Program-made: the position numbers and the translations under genes
Assembly (NCBI GenBank): GCA_046160045.1
Contig: JBJXGR010000413.1
Coordinates: 8,959-32,958, forward strand
Origin: Bryobacteraceae bacterium
GTDB lineage: Bacteria > Acidobacteriota > Terriglobia > Bryobacterales > Bryobacteraceae
Length of the DNA stretch: 24,000 nucleotides
Direction of reading: 5' to 3'
Shown: positions 15,364-22,679 of the stretch, in pieces
How positions within the stretch are numbered: the stretch's first letter is position 1
How the letters are laid out: each line of letters begins with the position of its first letter
The notes under the pieces: generated by a model
Seen by the model: the letters and a program-made list of their open reading frames with translations, nothing else
What the model was told of the DNA's origin: nothing
Databases searched by the model: none

Positions 15364-16923
15364 TTAGCCCGTCGCGACATCGGCTGTCCGCCGGCAAGGA
15401 GGATCTGCCGGTCGGCTCGGTCGTAGACGATGATCATGCCTGTTTATGCGACCGGGCCGTTGTGTTCTTCCCGGGGCGCGGACGACCTGCACGAACTGGC
15501 GGAGCGTCATGGGCCGCGCGCCGGCAGCACGGTTCGCGCTGCCGATCTCGAAGGCGATGCGCCAAAGGCGGAACATTACGCGGTAGGCTTCGAGCAGGCT
15601 GACGGCAGGGTCGTAGATATGGGTCGCCTCGGCCGATACGCCATTCAGCTCGAGCACCTGGAAGATGCCGGCCTGGAAGTCGGCGATCGACGGCGTGCGC
15701 AGGTCGAAGCGGCCGAAGTAGAAGCCCGGGTGCGACTGCGCGACCGCGTCGATGGCGGCCTCGAGCTCGGGCGTGCAATAGGACGAGCCGTCCAGAAAGA
15801 TGGCGCCCCGGCAGTGCGAGCCGAGCTCGACAAGACGCACACGTTCGCCGGGGAAGAGGATGCGGTCTGGCTGCCTGGCGAGGTAGATGTGCGCCAGGCA
15901 AACGGCACGATCATCTCGAAGGACCAGGTCGGACAGCTTGCTCACGCCGTCGCCAACCACCTCGGGAAAGCGCTTCTCGGTGATGGAGCAGATGCGACCG
16001 GACCGCTCGCCGGGATAACGGTAGTAGAAGACCCCGAATTCAAGGCCTCCCACATAGCGCTGCACGATCGTGGCGATGCGGGCGGCGGCGAGGTATGCGT
16101 TGACCTCCTCCCGCGAGCGTGCGATGACCACGCCTGTCCCGCGCTCACCGACGTCGGGCTTGAGCACGACCGGGAACTCGGAGACTTCGAGCGTCTCGCC
16201 AGCCCGGACGAGCTGGAAATCGGGAACACGCGGCAAGTGGGAGAGGATCGAGGACTTCGATTCGCCGACAAACCCGCCCGACGGAATGCCGGGGTTCGCC
16301 GCCGTGAACAGCGTCAACGATCGATGCCTCCAACCGAGATATAGGAGGTACGGAACAATTGGCAGATAGGCGAGCCATGGCGGCCAGAACTCCCAGCGCG
16401 CCCTGCGGCGAAACCAACCGATAATTCGTTGGCGAGTCTGCCACCGCAGCCGGGCGATCTGCCAGCCGGCCACTGCGACGGCGACCGCGAGAGGCGCCCC
16501 CGGGATGCCGCGGCCAAGCACAGCCGCGCTGCCGACCAGGAGCGGTGTCCACACGAGGGCCGCGGCCAGGAAGTACAGATTGAACGTCCAAAAGCGCGTG
16601 TGCAGCATCCCGGCGGCGAGGTACGTGGGCAGTCGCAGACCGGGAGTAAACCGGCTGAGGAGCACGACCGCTGCGCCACGCTCAGCCATCCAGCGCGCTG
16701 CGCTAGCGATCTTACTCTCCGGCACGAGCCGGCGGATGATCGGCCGACCTGCGAGGCGGCCCGTGAAGTAGAGCAACAGGTCGCCGAAGTAGATCCCCGC
16801 AGCGCAGGCGAGAACACCCTCAACGAGGCCGAGGTGCCCGCCCGCGACAAGTGCGCCCGTGGCGATGCATGTCAGGTCTTCGCTCACGAAGGTCGCGAGC
16901 GCAATGGCGATGAGTTGTCCCAT
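15364..16923 (-). CDS. Fusion protein: DedA/VTT membrane domain (N-terminal) plus ATP-grasp ligase domain (C-terminal)
   Basis: The N-terminus is DedA-like (FVSEDLTCIATGALVAGG...YFGDLLLYFTGRLAGRP...LLSRFTPGLRLPTYLAAG). Extra TMs follow, then ATP-grasp-like segments (VVLKPDVGERGTGV, IVQRYVGGLEFGVFYYR, FGRFDLR, VLELNGVSAEATHIYDP). The last roughly 40 aa are low-complexity. Confidence 0.8.
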   Translation of the reverse strand: MGQLIAIALATFVSEDLTCIATGALVAGGHLGLVEGVLACAAGIYFGDLLLYFTGRLAGRPIIRRLVPESKIASAARWMAERGAAVVLLSRFTPGLRLPTYLAAGMLHTRFWTFNLYFLAAALVWTPLLVGSAAVLGRGIPGAPLAVAVAVAGWQIARLRWQTRQRIIGWFRRRARWEFWPPWLAYLPIVPYLLYLGWRHRSLTLFTAANPGIPSGGFVGESKSSILSHLPRVPDFQLVRAGETLEVSEFPVVLKPDVGERGTGVVIARSREEVNAYLAAARIATIVQRYVGGLEFGVFYYRYPGERSGRICSITEKRFPEVVGDGVSKLSDLVLRDDRAVCLAHIYLARQPDRILFPGERVRLVELGSHCRGAIFLDGSSYCTPELEAAIDAVAQSHPGFYFGRFDLRTPSIADFQAGIFQVLELNGVSAEATHIYDPAVSLLEAYRVMFRLWRIAFEIGSANRAAGARPMTLRQFVQVVRAPGRTQRPGRINRHDHRLRPSRPADPPCRRTADVATG

Positions 16924-16933
16924 GGGGTCTCCG

Positions 16934-17596
16934 TTACGCGGCTCGGGCGCAGGGTGCAGTGGGCAAGTAATGGAAGCGAATCTCGCCGTTCCGAACGATC
17001 ACCTCGCTGAAGCTCACTGTCTCGGCGTCGGACCGGTGCATGCAGGGCGCGTGCGCGCCCGACGATCCGGTGTGGCTCGCGTGAAACCTGTATAGCGACG
17101 CGGGGTCGACAGGTTTGAGTCGAGCGAACTCCAGTAGGCGCTCCCGGCGGACGCCGTCAGGGTCGTAGGACGAGGACGTCAGCGGCGCTCGCGCGTCGAG
17201 GTCGACGGCAAGTTGGGCGCCGTCCCATATTCCGACCGTTGCCGGCCCGCCCGGTTCGAGCATCAGAAGGACAAACGGAGCGAAGGGGCTCAGGTCCGAG
17301 TGTCGAAGCAGAAAGACGCAATCGTCGATCGAGCGGATCCAGATGAGTTCGGGGATAAGCAGACCACGGCTGCGCTGAGCAGGCCGTGAAGAGCCGTTCA
17401 AGAGGCACAGCGATATGCCGTGCTCGTTTACGGCGATCCACGTGCCGCCGAAGTCGGCATCGGTGGGGGCCAGGTATTTCACGCCGGCCCCCTCGAAGAC
17501 GCGTGGCGGGTGTGCGATCCCTCGCGTCCTCTTCTCATCGCGATTGCACAGAAGATGATAGCCGCCGGTTTGATGGAGCCAGCTCACCGTGCACAT
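16934..17596 (-). CDS. NRDE-family (TANGO2-like, Ntn-hydrolase-like) protein
   Basis: It starts with MCT (N-terminal Cys after Met) and carries the LCNRDE signature. An RBS GGAG lies in the 10-nt spacer before the downstream gene. Confidence 0.85.
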   Translation of the reverse strand: MCTVSWLHQTGGYHLLCNRDEKRTRGIAHPPRVFEGAGVKYLAPTDADFGGTWIAVNEHGISLCLLNGSSRPAQRSRGLLIPELIWIRSIDDCVFLLRHSDLSPFAPFVLLMLEPGGPATVGIWDGAQLAVDLDARAPLTSSSYDPDGVRRERLLEFARLKPVDPASLYRFHASHTGSSGAHAPCMHRSDAETVSFSEVIVRNGEIRFHYLPTAPCARAA

Positions 17597-18133
17597 TTAC
17601 GCAGCCTCCGCGGCGCTCGCCGCCAGATAACGCAGGGTGGAAGGCGCCATCCCAAAGTCGGGGTCAATGTCGACTCCGTGCAGTCGCAGCGTCATCGCAA
17701 TCAACGCGAAATGATGGATGGTATGGCTGCTGAGGACCTGCAGTTCACGACTGATCGATGACTCCATAAACGGCTCGTGAACCAGGCCCGCCGCCGCGTC
17801 CTCCATCCGAACCCAGACGACGGCTTCGAAACGGACAGCCGTGGACGTTTGCAACTCCCTGATGACGGCGCGAATACAATCCGCCGCGGCGCTACGGGAC
17901 CGCTCGATCTCGAGGTCGCGCCGGCGAGCGTCATAGTCGATATGAAGCGACTCAGCGCCGCACAAGAAGGCCTGATAGAACTCAATGACGTGACGAAGAT
18001 GACCGCCAGCGCGATGGGGCGCCATGCCGGGCGCCGTGGTCGAGTAGGCTGTGTCGTCGAGCTGTTCCAGCAGCCGGAGGGCTTGCCGTAGCCAGCGGAT
18101 GTTGGTGTCGATTAAGGTGTTCAGCCGTTCCAT
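17597..18133 (-). CDS. DinB-superfamily (four-helix-bundle, His-triad) protein
   Basis: Helical protein with candidate metal-ligand histidines (HLRHVIEF, SSHTIHHFALI). Its stop TAA abuts the NRDE ATG (TAAATG). Confidence 0.7.
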   Translation of the reverse strand: MERLNTLIDTNIRWLRQALRLLEQLDDTAYSTTAPGMAPHRAGGHLRHVIEFYQAFLCGAESLHIDYDARRRDLEIERSRSAAADCIRAVIRELQTSTAVRFEAVVWVRMEDAAAGLVHEPFMESSISRELQVLSSHTIHHFALIAMTLRLHGVDIDPDFGMAPSTLRYLAASAAEAA

Positions 18134-18140
18134 ACTGCTG

Positions 18141-18170
18141 GAACATCCCTCCCGGCGGCCGATTTATTCC
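18141..18170 (-). promoter_or_regulatory. Type-1 bipartite motif upstream of the DinB-NRDE-DedA::ATP-grasp operon
   Basis: The minus strand reads GGAATAAA-tcggccgccgggag-GGATGTTC, then 7 nt, then ATG (18133). Confidence 0.55.
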
Positions 18171-18172
18171 AT

Positions 18173-18202
18173 GGAATATTTCCGCGGCGACGCGTCCTCT
18201 AA
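18173..18202 (+). promoter_or_regulatory. Type-2 bipartite motif upstream of the aquaporin operon
   Basis: The plus strand reads GGAATATT-tccgcggcgacgcg-TCCTCTAA, then 5 nt, then GTG (18208). Confidence 0.4.
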
Positions 18203-18207
18203 GCGGC

Positions 18208-19002
18208 GTGCAGGCAACTGGCGTCGCAATCGCAAAACCCCATGCAGCGGCCGAAGCGCTCCGCGGCCACTGGCCGGAGTACCTGATGGAGGCCGCCGCG
18301 CTCGGAGCCTTCATGGTCTCGGCGTGCGCCTTCGGCATCCTTTTGCAGCGTGCGCCCGTTGGCGACTTCACTCGACGGCTGGCCGGCGGAATCGCCATGG
18401 GGCTGACGGCTGTGGCAATCATCTGTTCGCCTTGGGGACAACGGTCCGGCGCCCATATGAACCCGGCGCTGACGCTCGCATTCGCCACAATTGGCAAGAT
18501 CGCGCCCTGGGACGCGGTCTTCTACATGGCGGCGCAGTTTCTGGGCGGGACCGCCGGAGTCGTCCTGGCGCGGCTGCTCTTCGGCCCGGCCGTCGCGAAC
18601 GTGAACTATGTCGCAACTCTGCCGGGTCCGCAAGGTCAGTGGACCGCATTCGCCGCGGAGTTCGCCATCTCCTTTCTGCTCGTCGCGACGGTCCTACGCG
18701 TGGCGAACTCGCGACGATGGACGCGTGCGACCCCTTGGGTTGCCGGGTTCCTGGTCGCGGCGTTCATCACAATTGAGTCGCCGCTCTCGGGAATGAGCAT
18801 GAATCCGGCGCGCACGTTCGCGTCCGCGCTGCCGGCGGGCGTGTGGACGAGCTTCTGGGTCTATCTGACCGCGCCTCCGCTGGCGATGGTCACCGCGGCG
18901 CAGCTGTACCGGCGGCGTGTCTTCTGCGTCAAGTATCACCACCACAATCGCCAGCGGTGTATTTTCCGCTGTAACTACGGAGCACTTCAGAATGAGCAAT
19001 GA
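18208..19002 (+). CDS. MIP-family channel (aquaporin/glycerol-facilitator-like) with a Cys/His-rich C-terminal tail
   Basis: Two NPA boxes (HMNPALT, SMNPART) and six hydrophobic spans. The tail reads VFCVKYHHHNRQRCIFRCNYG. The start is uncertain: GTG at 18208, or ATG at 18286, which has a GGAG 6 nt upstream. Confidence 0.85.
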   Translation: MQATGVAIAKPHAAAEALRGHWPEYLMEAAALGAFMVSACAFGILLQRAPVGDFTRRLAGGIAMGLTAVAIICSPWGQRSGAHMNPALTLAFATIGKIAPWDAVFYMAAQFLGGTAGVVLARLLFGPAVANVNYVATLPGPQGQWTAFAAEFAISFLLVATVLRVANSRRWTRATPWVAGFLVAAFITIESPLSGMSMNPARTFASALPAGVWTSFWVYLTAPPLAMVTAAQLYRRRVFCVKYHHHNRQRCIFRCNYGALQNEQ

Positions 19003-20563
19003 CCGGCACTACGACGTGATCATCATCGGCACCGGGGCGGGCGGCGGCACACTCGCGCGCAAGCTCGCCCCTACAGGCAAGCGCGTGCTTCTTCTCGAGC
19101 GCGGCGACTACGTCCCGCGCGAGAAGGACAACTGGAGCACGCGCGCCGTCAACGTGGAAGGCAAGTACCAGACCCGGGAGGTCTGGCGCGACCGCGACGG
19201 CAAGCCGCTGCACCCGCACACGAATTACTGCGTCGGCGGTAACACTAAGTTCTACGGCGCGGCGCTGTTTCGACTGCGAGGGCGGGACTTCTGCGCCGTC
19301 CGCCATCACGGCGGCATCTCACCCGCCTGGCCTATCTCGTACGACGAACTGGAGCCTTACTACACAGAGGCCGAACGCCACTATCACGTGCACGGCGAGC
19401 GCGGCGAGGACCCGACCGATCCGGCGGCGAGCGCGCCGTACCCGCACCCCGCAGTCAGCCATGAGCCGCGCATCCAGCAATTGGCGGACGACTTCGCCGC
19501 CGCAGGCCTTCGGCCCTTCCACACGCCCCTGGGAGTGCAACTGGATGAGCGAAACCCGCGGGCCAGCAAGTGCATCCGGTGCAATACTTGCGACGGTTTT
19601 CCGTGCTTGGTGTATGCCAAGTCGGACGCCCAGGTGCTCGGGGTGGATCCGGCGCTCGAATACCTGAACGTCGGCCTCATGACGAACGCGTACGTGGAGC
19701 GCCTTGAGACCAGCGAGTCGGGCCGCGAGATCACGGGTGTCATCGTGCGGCAGAACGAAGCTATCGCTACATACACCGCGGACATCGTGGTGGTCGCGTG
19801 CGGCGCGATCAACTCGGCGGCGCTATTGCTGCGGTCGGCGAACGACCGGCATCCGCGCGGTCTGGCCAATGGATCGGATACGGTCGGGCGGCACTATATG
19901 GGGCACGTCAATTCGGTCCTGATGGCAATTTCGAAGTGCCCCAACCCGGTGATCTTCCAGAAGACGCTTTCGATAAACGACTTCTATTTCGGCACGGACG
20001 AGTGGGAGTACCCGATGGGGCACATCTCGTTCGTCGGCAAGCTGGACGGGGTTACGCTGAGCGCTGGCGCGCCGGCCATCGCACCGGGGTTCACTCTCGA
20101 CATGATGGCGAATCATTCGCTCGATTTCTGGCTCACGTCGGAGGACCTGCCCGACCCCGACAATCGCGTGACGCTCGACCGCGAGGGTAACATCGTCCTG
20201 AACTACCGGCCCAACAACGAAGAAGGGCACACGCGCCTCGCGGCGAAGTTGAAAGCGCTGATGCAGCGGCAAACGCGATGCTCGGTGCACGGGCACGATT
20301 GCCATCAGGGACTGTTTGCGCGCAGTCTGTTCGTCGGGCAGCGGATTCCGCTGGCGGGCGTCGCGCATCAGAACGGCACCATCCGCTTCGGCGCCAATCC
20401 GACGGCATCGGCGCTCGACCGCAACTGTAAGGCGCACGAGGTGGACAACCTGTACGTGGTGGACGGGAGCTTCTTCCCGTCGAGCGGCGCGGTCAATCCT
20501 GCATTGACGATCATGGCGAACGCGCTACGGGTTGGTGATCACCTCATCGGGAGGATGTCATGA
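18992..20563 (+). CDS. GMC-family FAD-dependent oxidoreductase
   Basis: The ATG at 18992 overlaps the aquaporin stop by 11 nt. FAD fold motif YDVIIIGTGAGGGTLA. C-terminal GMC signature (NLYVVDGSFFPSSGAVNPALTIMA). An internal Cys cluster reads KCIRCNTCDGFPC. Confidence 0.9.
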   Translation: MSNDRHYDVIIIGTGAGGGTLARKLAPTGKRVLLLERGDYVPREKDNWSTRAVNVEGKYQTREVWRDRDGKPLHPHTNYCVGGNTKFYGAALFRLRGRDFCAVRHHGGISPAWPISYDELEPYYTEAERHYHVHGERGEDPTDPAASAPYPHPAVSHEPRIQQLADDFAAAGLRPFHTPLGVQLDERNPRASKCIRCNTCDGFPCLVYAKSDAQVLGVDPALEYLNVGLMTNAYVERLETSESGREITGVIVRQNEAIATYTADIVVVACGAINSAALLLRSANDRHPRGLANGSDTVGRHYMGHVNSVLMAISKCPNPVIFQKTLSINDFYFGTDEWEYPMGHISFVGKLDGVTLSAGAPAIAPGFTLDMMANHSLDFWLTSEDLPDPDNRVTLDREGNIVLNYRPNNEEGHTRLAAKLKALMQRQTRCSVHGHDCHQGLFARSLFVGQRIPLAGVAHQNGTIRFGANPTASALDRNCKAHEVDNLYVVDGSFFPSSGAVNPALTIMANALRVGDHLIGRMS

Positions 20564-21534
20564 CGCGGCGACTATTCGTCCTTCTACTTGCCGCCAGCAC
20601 GCTGCTGTTCGGCGGCGACCGTCCTGGGATCGTCAGCGCAGTGGACTCGATCGGACTCACCGTCTCGGACCTCGACCGCTCGGTGGAGTTCTACTCCAAG
20701 GTCCTTCACTTCGAGAAGGTCACCGAAATCGAGGTGGAAGGCGACGCCTACGAGCACCTGCAAGGCGTTTTCGGGCTGCGGATGCGAATCGCCCGCATGA
20801 AGCTCGAAGACGAATCGATCGAGCTGACGGAGTATCTCGCGCCACGGGGCCGCCCTGCCCCGGTGGACGCGCGGAGCAACGATCGCTGGTTCCAGCACAT
20901 CGCCATCATCGTCAGCGACATGGATCGCGCCTACCGGTGGCTGCGCGAGCACAAGGTGGAGCACGCGTCATCGGGTCCACAACTTCTGCCTGCCTGGAAT
21001 CCGAATGCCGGCGGCATCCGCGCGTTCTACTTCCGCGACCCGGACGGGCATCCGCTGGAGGTCCTGTGGTTCCCGTCCGGCAAGGGCAAGGCGAAGTGGC
21101 ACAAAACCGATCGCCTGTTTCTCGGAATAGATCACACCGCGATCGTCATATCCGACACAGAGGCCAGCTTGCGGTTCTATCGCGACCGCCTGGGCATGGA
21201 AGTGGCCGGCGAGAGCGAGAACTACGGGCCCGAGCAGGAGCGCCTCAACAACGTCTTCGGCGCCCGCCTGCGCATCACAGCGCTGCGGGCGGCGTCGGGG
21301 CCGGGAGTGGAGTTCCTCGAATACCTGGCCCCGCGCGACGGGCGTCCCTATCCGCCGGACGCGCGGGCGAACGACCTGATTCACTGGCAGACCCGGTTCG
21401 TCGGGAACAGCGCCGGGGACGCCGCGAAGGTACTGCGGAATCGAGCCGTCGAACTGGACGGCAAGGCGGGGTTTCGGAAAGCAGTTACGGTCCGCGACCC
21501 GGATGGACACGCCATCCAGATCGTGGAGCCATAG
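20560..21534 (+). CDS. Secreted tandem VOC (glyoxalase/bleomycin-resistance/dioxygenase) family protein
   Basis: ATGA overlap with the GMC gene. N-terminal signal-like MTRRLFVLLLAASTLLFGG. Two VOC-like repeats each end in RDPDGH..E (FYFRDPDGHPLEV, VTVRDPDGHAIQIV). Confidence 0.85.
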   Translation: MTRRLFVLLLAASTLLFGGDRPGIVSAVDSIGLTVSDLDRSVEFYSKVLHFEKVTEIEVEGDAYEHLQGVFGLRMRIARMKLEDESIELTEYLAPRGRPAPVDARSNDRWFQHIAIIVSDMDRAYRWLREHKVEHASSGPQLLPAWNPNAGGIRAFYFRDPDGHPLEVLWFPSGKGKAKWHKTDRLFLGIDHTAIVISDTEASLRFYRDRLGMEVAGESENYGPEQERLNNVFGARLRITALRAASGPGVEFLEYLAPRDGRPYPPDARANDLIHWQTRFVGNSAGDAAKVLRNRAVELDGKAGFRKAVTVRDPDGHAIQIVEP

Positions 21535-21563
21535 TTCAACGTTCACAAATCAGGAGAAACGAA

Positions 21564-21971
21564 ATGAAGCAACTCAATCGCGTATTGTCTGTCTTCGCCG
21601 TGACGGCGCTGCTGGTCACGGCCAACTCGATGGCCGCCAAACTGGAGACCCACACGACATCCAGGTTCGAGGGCCCCAAGGCCAACACGGGCATGGCCAT
21701 TCACGTCATCGAAAACGGCAAGAGCATGCTGAAGGTGTCGGACGATTTCCAGGTGCCCGACACGCCCGCGCCGACCTGGCGCGTGGTCGACAACAAGGGC
21801 AACATCTACACCCTCGACGCCTTCAAGATCAAGAATGCCATCGGCGGCAACAAGGAGAAGCGTGACGTCGTAGTGCCCGCGTACGTGCCCAACATTGTGA
21901 AGGTTCAGGTTTACTGCGCCTGGGCCGAGGTTTTGCTGGGAGAGGCGAGCTTCTCAACGGCAGTGAAGTAA
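21564..21971 (+). CDS. Small secreted protein, DM13-domain-like
   Basis: AGGAG SD. Signal peptide MKQLNRVLSVFAVTALLVTANSMAA. The pattern G..I.V...G...L.V.DDF.V...P and the C-terminal VQVYCAWAEVLLGEASF resemble DM13 domains. Confidence 0.55.
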   Translation: MKQLNRVLSVFAVTALLVTANSMAAKLETHTTSRFEGPKANTGMAIHVIENGKSMLKVSDDFQVPDTPAPTWRVVDNKGNIYTLDAFKIKNAIGGNKEKRDVVVPAYVPNIVKVQVYCAWAEVLLGEASFSTAVK

Positions 21972-21994
21972 CACCAGCTTGCGTTTCTTCCCCG

Positions 21995-22031
21995 GGGGCG
22001 TGGAGGCATCCACGTCCCTCTTTTTGTTTTG
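21995..22031 (+). terminator. Rho-independent terminator of the aquaporin-GMC-VOC-DM13 operon
   Basis: A 10-bp stem GGGGCGTGGA / TCCACGTCCC (one G.U pair) with a GGCA loop, followed by TCTTTTTGTTTTG. Confidence 0.7.
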
Positions 22032-22036
22032 CGGCG

Positions 22037-22066
22037 GGAATAAATAGAGCTCGCGAAATCCTTATT
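22037..22066 (+). promoter_or_regulatory. Type-2 bipartite motif upstream of sigma copy 2
   Basis: The plus strand reads GGAATAAA-tagagctcgcgaaa-TCCTTATT, then 7 nt, then ATG (22074). Confidence 0.4.
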
Positions 22067-22073
22067 CAGGCGT

Positions 22074-22679
22074 ATGGCAGCTTCACAGGTAATGACGAGT
22101 TGCGAAGGCGAGTCGAGGCTTCCGTTCACTGGCGCCGTGAGCGTCGAGCGCCGGTTCGAGGAAGAAGCGATGCCGCACCTGAACGATCTCTTCCGGACGG
22201 CGCTGCGCGTGACCGGCGACCGCGGCGCCGCCGAAGACGCGATCCAGGAAGTCTACCTTCAGGCCTGGCGCTCTTTCGACCGCTTCGAGGCCGGCACGAA
22301 TTGCCGCGCCTGGCTCTACAAGATCCTCTTTCACTGTGTCAGCCATCAGCGCCGCAAATGGTTCCGCTTCCCTCTTCTCATGGAGACCGACGAGTTCCTG
22401 GAGACCAACCTCGTGCAAACGAAGCAAGTCCCGCAGCATGTGACCGACGAGGAAATACTGACGGCGCTTGACGGAATCCCGCAGGAGTTCCGCTCGGTGG
22501 TCCTGCTGGTCGACGTGGAGGAGTTCGCGTACAAGGAAGCGGCCGGCATCCTGTCGATCCCGATCGGCACGGTGATGTCGCGCCTGAGCCGCGGCCGGGC
22601 ACTGCTGCGCAAACGGCTGGAGGGGGCGGCGCGCTCCTACGGGATCTTGAAGAACGCTCCACAGGGTGAGAGCTTATGA
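22074..22679 (+). CDS. ECF RNA polymerase sigma factor, copy 2 (paralog of 8577-9134)
   Basis: It aligns along its length with copy 1 (AIQEVYLQAWRSFDRFEAGTNCRAWLYKILFH; EEFAYKEAAGILSIPIGTVMSRLSRGRALLRKRL). The start at 22074 is chosen from motif geometry. Later in-frame starts are possible. Confidence 0.85.
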   Translation: MAASQVMTSCEGESRLPFTGAVSVERRFEEEAMPHLNDLFRTALRVTGDRGAAEDAIQEVYLQAWRSFDRFEAGTNCRAWLYKILFHCVSHQRRKWFRFPLLMETDEFLETNLVQTKQVPQHVTDEEILTALDGIPQEFRSVVLLVDVEEFAYKEAAGILSIPIGTVMSRLSRGRALLRKRLEGAARSYGILKNAPQGESL

